NCBI GenBank assembly: GCA_023265595.1
Contig: JAHFSU010000008.1
Span: forward strand, 1-61,550
DNA: 61,550 nucleotides
Origin: Deltaproteobacteria bacterium
GTDB taxonomy: Bacteria > UBA10199 > SPLOWO2-01-44-7
Direction of reading: 5' to 3'
Below, one piece after another: positions 28,753 through 38,578 of this stretch. Made by a program: the position numbers and the translations under genes. The notes beneath the pieces are model-generated. The model was not told the origin of the DNA. It did no database searches and was given only the letters and a program-made list of their open reading frames with translations. Position 1 is the stretch's first letter, and every line of letters starts with the position of its first letter.

Positions 28753-29241
28753 ATGCCAATGATAACCGACAAAATGGCAACTCAGGTTGTACAAAAAGCG
28801 ATCGAAAACTCGCAGGTCCAAAATCAGCCGGGCCAGACGGGGGGGAGCGCTTTTGCCGAGTTGCTTCAGGAAACCGGTGAAGGCCATGCCTTTGCCGATA
28901 TGCTTGGGATGACCGACAATCAGATGCTTCCCAATGGCCAAACGCAGGCTGTTTCCGCCGAGGCCATTCCGTTTGATATGTCGAAAAACGAAGTCGCATC
29001 CGTGGAGCCGACCGGGGGGCAAAAAATCACCGAGATGCTGGCCGATTTCAACCAACAGCAGATGCACATGGACAATCTGGTGAATGAAGTTCTCTATGGC
29101 GGCAAAAAATTCAGCAATCAGGAATTGTTGGCCATTCAGGCCCATGTGTTTCATGTCGGTCAAATGACGGAGTTGACGGTGAAATCGGTCGAATTGGCGG
29201 TCTCCTCCTTCAAGGGAGTGATGAACACGCAGATTCAATAA
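28753..29241 (+). CDS. Putative T3SS inner rod protein (SctI-like)
   Basis: C-terminal SNQELLAIQ...ELTVKSVELAVSSFKGVMNTQ resembles the YscI/HrpB2 C-terminus. Confidence 0.6.
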   Translation: MPMITDKMATQVVQKAIENSQVQNQPGQTGGSAFAELLQETGEGHAFADMLGMTDNQMLPNGQTQAVSAEAIPFDMSKNEVASVEPTGGQKITEMLADFNQQQMHMDNLVNEVLYGGKKFSNQELLAIQAHVFHVGQMTELTVKSVELAVSSFKGVMNTQIQ

Positions 29242-29255
29242 GATAGGTATGAAAG

Positions 29256-30248
29256 ATGACGGGACACAACATTCATATTCAGACGATTGCGATGCTGGCC
29301 CTTTTAGAGGGAAAGGAGGAGGCCCATTCTCTTCTCCCTTATCTCTCCGCCGCGCAATCGAAAAATTTAAACGATCTCTTGACCTCTTTTGATTCCCTCT
29401 CTGCTGAAGAGATTGCCCCAAAACTTGCGTCACAGCTCAAGGCACTTTCTTCTCAGGAGACTTTTTCCGGCATCGCCGAAATTCATCCGGCGTGGCTTGT
29501 GGAGGCGTTGAAAAAAGAATCGCCGCGTGTGATCGGCGTCATTTTGCGACATCTCCCCTCCAAGCATGTCCGCTATCTGTTGGAACACCTGCCAAAGCGG
29601 CTTGTCATGCAATTACCGAAATTGATTGAGGCCTTTTATGTGCCGCAGGAAATCTTGGAACTGGTTCGGCTCCGTTTTGAACGCCATTTTGTTCCAATGC
29701 GCATTTCCCATCAGTTGGAACGGTTTTCTTTCGAGCATCTCTATTTTTTGAAAACGGAAGAACTCGAAGCGCTCTTTTATGATCTCGGCTTGAGCGAACT
29801 GGCTTTGTCCTTGCAGGAATCGTCTCGCAAAATCTGGAAAATCATTTTGAATCGCTTTTCGATTCCCGATGCGAAGACCATTTTGCACCGGATCAAAGAA
29901 TTTAGTGTGGAAGAAAAAGGACTGGCCAAAGAGGCGCGTTACTCCATTTTGGAATTGAAAGGAAAAGAGATGGGGGCCAAATCTTTTTTGATCGAAATCG
30001 GGGTGATTGCATTGTCAAAGGCTTTTTGCGGGGAGGATATTCCGATTTTTGAATGTCTGCGCCAAAAACTCTCGCCTGAAAATGCCTATCTGTTGAAGCG
30101 CTACCTTGATGAACAGGTTTTAAGACCGAAAGGTCTCAAAGAAATGCGGCGCAAGGAATGGATTTTAAAACACGTGCGAAATCTGAGCCAAAAAGGTAAA
30201 ATAGATGGTCTTTGGCAGGAGGCACTTAAAAACGAGGAGGCGGCCTAA
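29256..30248 (+). CDS. Putative SctK/FliG-like sorting-platform adaptor
   Basis: Lies immediately before sctL; contains an EIHPAWL motif; helical. Confidence 0.5.
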   Translation: MTGHNIHIQTIAMLALLEGKEEAHSLLPYLSAAQSKNLNDLLTSFDSLSAEEIAPKLASQLKALSSQETFSGIAEIHPAWLVEALKKESPRVIGVILRHLPSKHVRYLLEHLPKRLVMQLPKLIEAFYVPQEILELVRLRFERHFVPMRISHQLERFSFEHLYFLKTEELEALFYDLGLSELALSLQESSRKIWKIILNRFSIPDAKTILHRIKEFSVEEKGLAKEARYSILELKGKEMGAKSFLIEIGVIALSKAFCGEDIPIFECLRQKLSPENAYLLKRYLDEQVLRPKGLKEMRRKEWILKHVRNLSQKGKIDGLWQEALKNEEAA

Positions 30249-30914
30249 ATGCTCAGCGACAAAAAAATCATAAAGGGCGCCGATGTCGAAAAGAAAATGG
30301 CGCCGCGTCCCAGTTCGATTTCCATGAATACGACTGGGGGTGTGATCCATAAAGAAGAATTGAAGGCGAAAGACAAGGTAGAACGGATTTTGGACGAGGC
30401 ACAAAAAGAGGCCGATCGTATTCGCGTCGAAGCGGAATCCCTTCGCTCACAGGTTCAAGGCGAAATGGAAAAGGCAAAACAGAAAGGGTATTCCGAAGGA
30501 CGGGAACAAGGACTTTCCGAATTAACCGAAGAGATCGTCCGCATCCGGAAACTGAAAGAAGCATTTTTTGCAACGGCCGAACCGGATTTGATCAAGCTGG
30601 TGACCGATATCGCCGAAAAAGTGATCGGCAAACTGGTGGCCGATCATCCAGCGGCGCTCCATTCGATTGTGCATCAGGCGGTAGAACGCTCTCTGGGTGA
30701 TAGAATTACGGTTCGCCTGCACCCCTCTGATTTGAAGCGTTTGCAGACGATGGATATGACTTTCAAAAATATTCTCGACCGGACCAAACAGATTCATTTC
30801 AAAGAAGATGAAACCATACAACTTGGGGGGTGTGTCGTGGAGACTGAAGTGGGAACCATCGATGCCCAAATTGAGACACAACTCAAGGCGATCAAAAAAG
30901 CCCTCGGAGTGTAA
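30249..30914 (+). CDS. sctL: T3SS stator SctL (FliH family)
   Basis: AKQKGYSEGREQG, VRLHPSD, GGCVVETEVGTIDA. Confidence 0.85.
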   Translation: MLSDKKIIKGADVEKKMAPRPSSISMNTTGGVIHKEELKAKDKVERILDEAQKEADRIRVEAESLRSQVQGEMEKAKQKGYSEGREQGLSELTEEIVRIRKLKEAFFATAEPDLIKLVTDIAEKVIGKLVADHPAALHSIVHQAVERSLGDRITVRLHPSDLKRLQTMDMTFKNILDRTKQIHFKEDETIQLGGCVVETEVGTIDAQIETQLKAIKKALGV

Positions 30915-30916
30915 AC

Positions 30917-32242
30917 ATGGATACACCGGTTATCGATTTTTCAAAATACCATCATAAATTGTCGGAAGTCTCGACCTATAACATCAAAGGGAAGGTGACG
31001 GAGCTGACCGGCCTTGTGGTGCGCGCCGTTGTGCCGGGTGTCCGGATCGGCGAACTCTGTTTTATCGAACCGTATCACAAAAAAGAGGCGATCAAGGCGG
31101 AGGTGGTCGGCTTTCGAGATCAGGAAGTTTTGCTGATGCCGCTCGGCGATCTCGAAGGGATCGGCCTTAACAACAATGTGATTCCGACAGGACATTCGTT
31201 GACTGTCCGTGTCGGTAACAATCTTTTGGGGAGGATTTTGGATGGGCTTGGAGAGCCCTTGGATGAGGCATCCAAGGGTCCTCTCCATTGTGATATTGAA
31301 TATCCGGTTCACGCCAGTCCGCCGGAGGCTCTGCATCGACAACGGGTGTTGCAACCGATCTCGTTGGGGATCAAGTCGATCGATTCGATGCTGACCGTGG
31401 GGCAGGGTCAGCGCGTCGGTATTTTTTCGGCGGCCGGCGTCGGTAAATCGACATTGATCGGAATGATTGCGCGCAACACAAGCGCCGAAATCAATGTGAT
31501 CTGTCTCGTCGGCGAGCGGGGCCGCGAAGTTCGCGATTTTTTGGAACAGGATTTGGGAAAAGAAGGATTGTCCCGGTCGGTTGTGATCGTTTCGACTTCC
31601 GATCAGCCCTCTTTGGTTCGTCTCAAAGCGGCCTATGTCGCTACGGCCATCGCCGAATATTTTCGAGATCAGGGGAAACAGGTCGTGTTGATGATGGATT
31701 CCGTCACCCGCTTTGCAAGGGCTTTGCGCGAAGTGGGGCTTGCCGTCGGCGAACCGCCGGCGCGGCAAGGTTTTACCCCATCCGTTTTTTCAACACTCCC
31801 CCGCCTTTTGGAACGTTCCGGCAATTCGGACAAAGGCTCCATCACCGCATTCTATACGGTTTTGGTGGAGGGCGATGATATGAATGAACCGGTTGCGGAT
31901 GAAGTCCGTTCCATTCTCGACGGCCATATTATTTTATCGCGGGATCTGGCCACACGCGGGCACTACCCTGCAATCGATGTTTCCAAAAGTATCAGCCGCG
32001 TGATGGATGCGATTATCGATGAGGATCACAAACTTTCCGCGCGAAAATTGCGCGAGGTCGTGGCGAACTATGAAAAAGAGCGCGATTTGATTTTGATCGG
32101 CGCCTATGAAGAGGGGTCGGATCCTAAAGTCGACTATGCGATCGAAAAAATTGAGGAGGTCAACCATTTTCTCAAACAGGATTCGCAGGACAAAGTTGAT
32201 TTGGAAGAGTCGGTGCAGCAACTCAAGGAGATTTTTGAATAA
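30917..32242 (+). CDS. sctN: T3SS ATPase SctN (FliI family)
   Basis: GIFSAAGVGKST, VGERGREV, MDSVTRFARALRE, RSILDGHIILSR. Confidence 0.93.
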   Translation: MDTPVIDFSKYHHKLSEVSTYNIKGKVTELTGLVVRAVVPGVRIGELCFIEPYHKKEAIKAEVVGFRDQEVLLMPLGDLEGIGLNNNVIPTGHSLTVRVGNNLLGRILDGLGEPLDEASKGPLHCDIEYPVHASPPEALHRQRVLQPISLGIKSIDSMLTVGQGQRVGIFSAAGVGKSTLIGMIARNTSAEINVICLVGERGREVRDFLEQDLGKEGLSRSVVIVSTSDQPSLVRLKAAYVATAIAEYFRDQGKQVVLMMDSVTRFARALREVGLAVGEPPARQGFTPSVFSTLPRLLERSGNSDKGSITAFYTVLVEGDDMNEPVADEVRSILDGHIILSRDLATRGHYPAIDVSKSISRVMDAIIDEDHKLSARKLREVVANYEKERDLILIGAYEEGSDPKVDYAIEKIEEVNHFLKQDSQDKVDLEESVQQLKEIFE

Positions 32243-32751
32243 TGGCAAAATATCGTCTCGAAGCGTTGTTAAAAATGCGGACGCACGAAAAGAAGCGGGC
32301 TGAAATAGCTTTGGCAAAAGCGATTGCGGCCCTTCAGGAGGCAAAGAAGAAACTCGAAACCTTGAAAGAGGAAAAAAAAGAGATTGTGAAGGAGCAAAAA
32401 GAGGCCAAAAAGAAGATGGATCATAAAATGAGCGGCGGTGGATTAATCGGAGAAGGGTGTTTTCACGTCAATTTTTTACGCAAACTCAAAGAGGATGAGG
32501 TGCAGAAGGAAGAAAAGATTGAAGAACAAAAAGGGGTTGTCGAAGAGGCGACCGAAAAGGTGGCCAAATGCCGCAGAAATTATATCGATTCGGTCAAGCA
32601 GCTCCGGATCATGGAAAAACATAAGGAGCTTTGGGAGAAAAAGTTGCGTCAGGAATTGAACCGCCTTGAGGAAAAAGAGATGGATGAATTGGGTCAGACG
32701 ATCCATTCCTTAAAAAAATGGCGGGGGGAGAAATCGGTTTTTGAATTATGA
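32242..32751 (+). CDS. sctO: T3SS stalk SctO (FliJ-like coiled coil)
   Basis: KYRLEALLKMR start, coiled coil, EEKEMDE end; directly after the ATPase. Confidence 0.75.
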   Translation: MAKYRLEALLKMRTHEKKRAEIALAKAIAALQEAKKKLETLKEEKKEIVKEQKEAKKKMDHKMSGGGLIGEGCFHVNFLRKLKEDEVQKEEKIEEQKGVVEEATEKVAKCRRNYIDSVKQLRIMEKHKELWEKKLRQELNRLEEKEMDELGQTIHSLKKWRGEKSVFEL

Positions 32752-33530
32752 TCGAAGACGTTAAATATAACGATCGCAAATATATCGACCGGGCCGAACA
32801 GGCGAAAGAGGCCGACAAGCCGAAGCCTCCGAAAAAAGAGGGGAAGAGTCCGTTCGATGAATTGCTCGAGCAGAGCCAGCGCTTGCAACAGGGTTCTGTC
32901 GATACCAAATCGCAAGACAAACGTGTTTTGCAACAGGCGGCCAAAGAGGTCGAAAAGCGGCAGGAACGGCAGCGGGATCAGTCCAAAGATAGGGAAAGAG
33001 AAGACGAACATCGTCAGAATACAAGAGACGAACGGAGTCCGACACAAAGCGTGACCAAAAAAGTGGTCGGCAAGGCCGGTTTGAAAGAACAACAGGGGGG
33101 TGGCGGGGAGCATGCCTCGGAAGGGGGTGGCGGATTTTCACGCAAAAAAGAATCATCTTCCGCGGCGGCAAAAAAATCGGAAATGGCGCCGGCGCCGTTG
33201 CAAAAGGAGACAGGGGCCTTTGGCAAAGCGTTCAAAATAGCGATGTCGCAATATCTGCCCAAAACGCTTTCGCAGGAAATTTTGAACAAGGTCGTGCAAT
33301 ATGTCCGGATCGGTTTAAGCCGCAAAGGCAATAAAGAGATCGAACTGGAACTTCATGAAAAAATCTTTAAAGGGTTGCGTTTGCGCTTGGAGTCTAACCG
33401 TGGTAAAGTGACCCTGCATTTTTTGGCGGCCAATGCGCAGACACGGGCCCTTTTTGAAAGGGAGTCGTCAAAAATCCGGGCCCATCTTGAAAACAGGGGG
33501 ATCGACGTTGCAAAAGTGATGGTGACTTGA
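32748..33530 (+). CDS. Putative needle-length ruler SctP (FliK-like C-terminal domain)
   Basis: Disordered charged N-terminus, compact C-terminal domain (LRLRLESNRGKVTLHF..LENRGI), position after sctO. Confidence 0.6.
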   Translation: MIEDVKYNDRKYIDRAEQAKEADKPKPPKKEGKSPFDELLEQSQRLQQGSVDTKSQDKRVLQQAAKEVEKRQERQRDQSKDREREDEHRQNTRDERSPTQSVTKKVVGKAGLKEQQGGGGEHASEGGGGFSRKKESSSAAAKKSEMAPAPLQKETGAFGKAFKIAMSQYLPKTLSQEILNKVVQYVRIGLSRKGNKEIELELHEKIFKGLRLRLESNRGKVTLHFLAANAQTRALFERESSKIRAHLENRGIDVAKVMVT

Positions 33531-34444
33531 AACAATCTATGCCGCAAATCAAACCGTTCCAATTTCATTTGGCGAAAATTTCCGGAGCGGAGGTCCGTCT
33601 CGTGGAAGGACTTTTGGATTTTCTGCCGGCCACCGGTTTGAGAGAGACTCTCAACCTGGCCATCCGAAAAGCGCTCAACAAATATCTGCCGGATATTCGC
33701 TATTATGTGGAACGGGTTGAACCGCTTCACTTCCACGATTTTTTTGCATTGCTTCCCAACATTTGCACCGTCGGGGTTTTAGGGTTGAACCCATTTCAGG
33801 AAAAGGGTTTTGTCGAGATCGACCCTGTTTTAAACCAACGGGTCATTGCCAAATTGCTGGGCGGCAAATCGGAGGAGATGACGGAGCTCAAAATGTTGAC
33901 TGAAACCGAACAAGGCGTCGTCGAATTTTTAATTTTGAAGATATTGTCGCAAATTCATAAATTGAGCGGGGAAGAAGAGAGGCTCCATTTCCGGCTCGAG
34001 CAGATGATTTTGGAGCCGAATCATTTAAAACAATTCATTCGAAAAGATTATCCTCTGGTCTGCATCAAAATCCATGTTGCTTTTTTAAAGCAGTCGGGTT
34101 TTGTCAAAATTATCCTTCCTCATCCGTGGGTGGTTGAGGGCTTTTTGCAGGATCTGCCAAAAGAAAAATCGCATCTGTTGCAAGAACTCAAAAAAAATTT
34201 GAGCCATTTTGATTATATTCCGCTTGAGCTGTTCGGTTCGCTGGGAGATGTCCGAATCCATTTTGATGATTTGAAAAATCTTGAAGAAGGAGATGTTGTC
34301 TTGTTTGATGCGACGGAATTGGTTAGAAAGGATGCGGCATTTCGGGGTGAAGTCAAACTGGTGGCCGGTCAAGGTGAATCGGGCGCCTTGACGGCCCTTT
34401 GGGAAGGTTTTGCGGAGAAAGGTCGATGTCGTATAACGAAGTAG
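33527..34444 (+). CDS. SctQ/FliM-like C-ring protein
   Basis: LTETEQGVVE FliM-like segment and SpoA-like LKNLEEGDVVLF. Confidence 0.65.
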   Translation: MKQSMPQIKPFQFHLAKISGAEVRLVEGLLDFLPATGLRETLNLAIRKALNKYLPDIRYYVERVEPLHFHDFFALLPNICTVGVLGLNPFQEKGFVEIDPVLNQRVIAKLLGGKSEEMTELKMLTETEQGVVEFLILKILSQIHKLSGEEERLHFRLEQMILEPNHLKQFIRKDYPLVCIKIHVAFLKQSGFVKIILPHPWVVEGFLQDLPKEKSHLLQELKKNLSHFDYIPLELFGSLGDVRIHFDDLKNLEEGDVVLFDATELVRKDAAFRGEVKLVAGQGESGALTALWEGFAEKGRCRITK

Positions 34445-34483
34445 TGTATGGTACCTGTTAACATATGCTCGTCGGAGGCAAAA

Positions 34484-34834
34484 ATGGCTAAGAAAAAGGG
34501 TCAGGATGAAGATGTGACTGAGGTCGGCCTTGATTTGAGCGATCTTGAAGAAAAACAGGAACAAAAAGAGGAAAAGAGCGATTTTTCCGGTGATTTTTCC
34601 GATGAAGTGGTTTCCATGTCGGAAGATGTCCCCGTGCACCTTGTGGCTGTTTTGGGAAAAAAGAAGATATCGCTTAAAGATCTTTTGAAGCTGAAAGTGG
34701 GGCATACCCTCGATTTGGAAAGGGCCCCGAACGAATTTGTCGATCTCGTTGCAAACGGCAAGGTGATTGCCCGCGGGGAGCTCGTTGAAATCGACGGGAA
34801 ACTCGGCGTTCGGGTTATTAAGATGCTGAAATAG
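34484..34834 (+). CDS. FliN/SctQ-C SpoA-domain protein
   Basis: DVPVHLVAVLG..LLKLKVG..VDLVANGKVIARGELVEIDGKLGVRV; GGAGG RBS. Confidence 0.85.
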   Translation: MAKKKGQDEDVTEVGLDLSDLEEKQEQKEEKSDFSGDFSDEVVSMSEDVPVHLVAVLGKKKISLKDLLKLKVGHTLDLERAPNEFVDLVANGKVIARGELVEIDGKLGVRVIKMLK

Positions 34835-34836
34835 GC

Positions 34837-34916
34837 TGTCATTCCGGCCGCGTATCGTAGTACGGGGCAGGCTCCAGCCGAACCCAGACGGGACCCCGGC
34901 TTTCGTCGGGGTGATG
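34837..34916. repeat. Degenerate REP-like element (gtcattccggc... / ccccggc-tttc-gtcgggg)
   Basis: Related to 40129-40155. Confidence 0.5.
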
Positions 34917-34920
34917 AAAT

Positions 34921-35220
34921 ATGGATTTTACAATACTCTTTCTTCAGATGCTTTTTGCGTTGTTAGTCGTTTGCGCCGGGGCCGTCGTTGTTCTTAAATA
35001 TCTTTTGCCCCGGATGAGCGGGCTTAAAAAATGGCAAAAGGGGGACACTTTTGAATTGGTCAGTCGTTTCAATTTGGATTATAAAAGGACAATCTATTTA
35101 GTCAGGGTCGGAAAAAAGTATCTCGTCTTGGGGGGAGCCGAAGGGGGGCTCCAATTGTTGGCGGAATTGCCGGAGGGCGACGTCACAACAAGGGAGCATC
35201 ATGGATCGAAAATTGCGTAG
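34921..35220 (+). CDS. FliO-like membrane protein
   Basis: One TM segment, then LVSRFNLDYKRTIYLVRVGKKYLVLGGAEGGLQLL; lies between the FliN-like gene and sctR. Confidence 0.75.
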   Translation: MDFTILFLQMLFALLVVCAGAVVVLKYLLPRMSGLKKWQKGDTFELVSRFNLDYKRTIYLVRVGKKYLVLGGAEGGLQLLAELPEGDVTTREHHGSKIA

Positions 35221-35971
35221 CCGTTTTGTCTTTCTCTTTTCATTAATCGGTTCCATTTTATTTTCAGGTCCGCTGTTTGCGCAGGCGGCGAAGACCATCG
35301 GAGTCTCCCGCCCGCTCGTTTTGCTTTTGGCCTTGGCGGCCCTTTCTTTAGTCCCGTTTGTTTTAATGATGGCCACCTCTTTTGTGAAACTGGCCGTTGT
35401 TTTATCCCTAATTCGGAATGCGTTGGGAACCCAGCAGGTGCCGCCCAATATTGTGGTGACCGGATTGGCCCTCATTTTGACGGTCTACATTATGGCGCCG
35501 GTCGGGATTAAAGTTTATGATATTGCGAAAGAGACGATCAATCAGGGGACCAACCAGCCGTTGTTGTCTCAGGCTTCCGTCGAAATGTTGACGAAAGCGG
35601 TCAAAGAAGGAAAAGAACCGGTTCGCGATTTTTTGCTCCGACACGCCCATGAAAAGGAAAAAAAACTTTTTTATAATTTGGCCGTCGAGATGCGCAAAAA
35701 AGACAACGTAACCCAAGACATCAGCGAGAAAGATTTTTTGAACATCATCCCCGCGTTTGTGATCAGCGAATTGACGGAGGCCTTTCAAATCGGCTTCATC
35801 ATTTTTCTCCCCTTTCTGGTGATCGATATTGTCATTGCCAACATTTTGCTTTCCTTGGGTATGTTTCAAATTTCTCCCGTGACCTTGTCGCTGCCATTTA
35901 AACTTTTGCTTTTTGTGATGGTCGATGGCTGGCACCTGATTGTCAAAGGTCTGGTGCAGGGCTATTTATAA
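35201..35971 (+). CDS. sctR: T3SS export apparatus SctR (FliP family)
   Basis: TSFVKLAVVLSLIRNALGTQQVPPN, PAFVISELTEAFQIGF, SLPFKLLLFVMVDGW. Confidence 0.93.
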   Translation: MDRKLRSRFVFLFSLIGSILFSGPLFAQAAKTIGVSRPLVLLLALAALSLVPFVLMMATSFVKLAVVLSLIRNALGTQQVPPNIVVTGLALILTVYIMAPVGIKVYDIAKETINQGTNQPLLSQASVEMLTKAVKEGKEPVRDFLLRHAHEKEKKLFYNLAVEMRKKDNVTQDISEKDFLNIIPAFVISELTEAFQIGFIIFLPFLVIDIVIANILLSLGMFQISPVTLSLPFKLLLFVMVDGWHLIVKGLVQGYL

Positions 35972-35974
35972 CTT

Positions 35975-36238
35975 ATGGACTATTTTTTAGGCATCGCCAA
36001 ACAGGCCCTCTTTTTATCGCTGATCATTACCGCGCCGCCGGTTTTGGTCGCGATGATTGTGGGGCTCGTCATCAGCATCTTGCAGGCCACCACGCAGATT
36101 CAGGAGCAGACGCTCACGTTCGTTCCCAAACTGGTTGCCGTTGTGATAGCCATGGTCCTCACCGCCGAATTGCTCACAGGCCAGCTTCTCTCATATACGC
36201 ATTGGTTGTTTGATAATTTTGCGCAATACGTAAAATAA
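35975..36238 (+). CDS. sctS: T3SS export apparatus SctS (FliQ family)
   Basis: GLVISILQATTQIQEQTLTFVPKL. Confidence 0.93.
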   Translation: MDYFLGIAKQALFLSLIITAPPVLVAMIVGLVISILQATTQIQEQTLTFVPKLVAVVIAMVLTAELLTGQLLSYTHWLFDNFAQYVK

Positions 36239-37132
36239 ATGGAAACGGTTCTCCACGATTTAAATATCAACATCAATTTTCCTTTTGTGCTGACGATGGC
36301 GGCATTGATTTGGGCGCGCGTGTTGAGCGTGATTGTTGTGATTCCGTTTTTGTTCGGCAAACCGGTTCCGAGAACGGTGCGCGTCGGGGCCTCGGTCCTT
36401 TTGACGGTTTTTTTGTACCCGCTTTTGGTCGAAAAACAAATGGCGTCGCAGACAATCGATTTTCTGCGTCTCTTCGCCCTCTTTTTCAAAGAGATTTTGT
36501 TCGGCCTCTCCATCGGCTTTGCCGCCTCGATGCTCTTTTACGGCTTTGAAGCGGCCGGCCGGATGATCGATAACCAGCGCGGCGTCTCTCTCGCGAGGGT
36601 TTTGATTCCCGAATTGGGGGAGCAGTCTTCCATTTCGGGGCAGTTTCTTTTTCAATTTGCCGTCGTGATTTTTCTCGTTCTCGGCGGCCACCGGTTTTTT
36701 CTGAAGGCCTTGGCCGAAAGTTATCAGGCAGTGCCTCTTTTAAGTTTTCCGGAGAGTGTCTCCGGCCTCTTTCCGGTTGTCGACCTTTTTGGCGTTTTGA
36801 CCGGAAAGGTTTTATTTCTCTCGGTGCAGATTGCGGCGCCGGTCATTATCGCCGTGTTGATTGCCGATATTATTTTGGGAGTGACCAACCGTTTTGCGCC
36901 GCAGATTAATGTCTGGGAGTTGGGCTTTAACATCCGCGGCTATGTCGGCATTTTGCTTCTCTTTTTGTCGATGGGACTGATTGCCCGCCAGATTGAGTTT
37001 TACACCGAAAAATCAGGAAAAGAGGTTGTCCAAGTGATTGAGCGTTTCAAAGCCAAGCCGCCCCCCCTCCCAAAACCGTTGGAAGAGATCACCCCCGAAG
37101 AGCTCCAAAAACCGGCCCCGGTTGTCCCGTGA
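36239..37132 (+). CDS. sctT: T3SS export apparatus SctT (FliR family)
   Basis: AAGRMIDNQRG, GGHRFFL, NRFAPQINV; multiple TM segments. Confidence 0.9.
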   Translation: METVLHDLNININFPFVLTMAALIWARVLSVIVVIPFLFGKPVPRTVRVGASVLLTVFLYPLLVEKQMASQTIDFLRLFALFFKEILFGLSIGFAASMLFYGFEAAGRMIDNQRGVSLARVLIPELGEQSSISGQFLFQFAVVIFLVLGGHRFFLKALAESYQAVPLLSFPESVSGLFPVVDLFGVLTGKVLFLSVQIAAPVIIAVLIADIILGVTNRFAPQINVWELGFNIRGYVGILLLFLSMGLIARQIEFYTEKSGKEVVQVIERFKAKPPPLPKPLEEITPEELQKPAPVVP

Positions 37133-37251
37133 TGGGGTATCGACTCCCCGACATAGAGCAGAATGGCGCCGCTACTTATCGGTATAATTTATAACTACTT
37201 GATTTTATTCAACTTAAACACTTTGCCCCTTTTGCAATCCGACACTTATTT

Positions 37252-37267
37252 TGGCATCACGGTTGCA
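37252..37267 (+). promoter_or_regulatory. Sigma54 promoter of the translocator/chaperone operon
   Basis: TGGCATCACGGTTGCA (GG-N10-GC); AGGAGG RBS before 37317. Confidence 0.75.
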
Positions 37268-37316
37268 TTACTCCTGATGCGAGACCCCATTTAGGGTCTT
37301 TTAAATAGGAGGCTTT

Positions 37317-38510
37317 ATGATTAGTGGTGGAGAACTTAGAATTAATCCGAGAGAAATGAAGGATACCAATAATGATGGAAAAATTAATGATGCAGAAATG
37401 AGTAAAGGTGTTATCGATGAAGCAACAACCCAACCAGTAGCCAATCAGACAGTAGATCTTGGCTCTGTTAAATTTGATGGTCAAACGTACGATTGGCAAA
37501 ATATTAAAGAGGCTCTAAAAAATGCTGCAGATCATCATCCAATAACAGCGGGATCTAATCTTAGTTTCGACGAAGTGAAAACAGAGCTTAAGAAAATTTT
37601 GTTAGGTAAATTAGATCAAGAAATTAGCAAAGTGCGTCAGGCGCAAGCTGAATTAGATGCAGAAAAAGCCAAGACTCCAAAGAATAATAACACTATTAAA
37701 ACAAAACAAGACGCTTTAACAGAAGCCAAAAATAGTTTGGAAAGAACTCTCAATCAAGCCCGCGCGGCCGGTGTAAATACGCAGCGACAAGTTACCGAAG
37801 CCTCCAATTTGTTAGGAAGGGCTGCACCCGAAGGGGGAGCCGGTTCCGGTTCCGCCAATTTCAAAGCGCAGACAGCCAATCCACAGGTGGCGATGCCTCC
37901 GGCTCCTCAAGCCGGTGCGCCGACGGGTGGACAAGGTGCGGCCGGTGCTCCACAAGCGGCTGCCCTGACGGCCGGGCCCAATTATTCCGGTTATGGGCCG
38001 AACGGTCTCAGCGGTATGTCCAACCCAACCTCCGCCGCTTATGCCAACGCTTTGGCTTTTGATGCCAGCGCCGGTTTTGGCGATGCGATTACGCAATCAG
38101 GAAATGCCCGCCGCGAAGGCCAAAAGCTGATGATGCTGTTTTACTTTTTTGCCCGCATGGCCGAATCGGGTGATTTGGGAGCCATGTATCAATTCATCAA
38201 GTTCATCACTTATATTATTGCCAAAGACAAGGCGCGCCAAAATATCCAACTCGGTTCCAAATTGATCCAGTTGCAGGATGTCTCCAGAAAGGCGACTGAT
38301 GCTTTGTTGAAGAGCGATCCGAACGATTCCACCGCCTTCTTGAAGGCGCAGCAACAGACCAAAGGGATCACCGATGCGGTTTCCACATCCCAAAAATTGA
38401 TTGCCGATACGTTGCAAGAATTTGCGCACGTGGTCGAATCGCTTGTGAACTCAAGCAAGAACTTGCTGGATGCTTGGGGCAGAGTCTTGAGAACGGCTAG
38501 CTCGAGATAA
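37317..38510 (+). CDS. Putative T3SS translocator/tip-like protein with an N-terminal EF-hand loop
   Basis: DTNNDGKINDAE loop, coiled coil, Ala/Pro/Gly linker, hydrophobic LMMLFYFFARM..YQFIKFITYII; adjacent to a SycD-like chaperone. Confidence 0.6.
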   Translation: MISGGELRINPREMKDTNNDGKINDAEMSKGVIDEATTQPVANQTVDLGSVKFDGQTYDWQNIKEALKNAADHHPITAGSNLSFDEVKTELKKILLGKLDQEISKVRQAQAELDAEKAKTPKNNNTIKTKQDALTEAKNSLERTLNQARAAGVNTQRQVTEASNLLGRAAPEGGAGSGSANFKAQTANPQVAMPPAPQAGAPTGGQGAAGAPQAAALTAGPNYSGYGPNGLSGMSNPTSAAYANALAFDASAGFGDAITQSGNARREGQKLMMLFYFFARMAESGDLGAMYQFIKFITYIIAKDKARQNIQLGSKLIQLQDVSRKATDALLKSDPNDSTAFLKAQQQTKGITDAVSTSQKLIADTLQEFAHVVESLVNSSKNLLDAWGRVLRTASSR

Positions 38511-38519
38511 TAATAGCGC

Positions 38520-38556
38520 TTCCCCTCCTTTGCAAAAAAGGAGGGGAATGCCTTTT
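38520..38556 (+). terminator. 12-bp stem-loop after the first translocator-like gene
   Basis: ttcccctccttt-gcaaa-aaaggaggggaa. Confidence 0.55.
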
Positions 38557-38578
38557 ATCTTGGCTAAAGGGCGAAAAA

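Noticed and set aside
27868-37132. Flagellar fli operon
   Set aside because: The ring protein is a short SctJ lipoprotein rather than FliF, SycD-like chaperones are present, and no rod, hook, filament or motor genes are seen.
37176-37182. Minus-strand CCGATAA after sctT
   Set aside because: There is no GCAACTT at the right distance, and it would point antisense into sctT.
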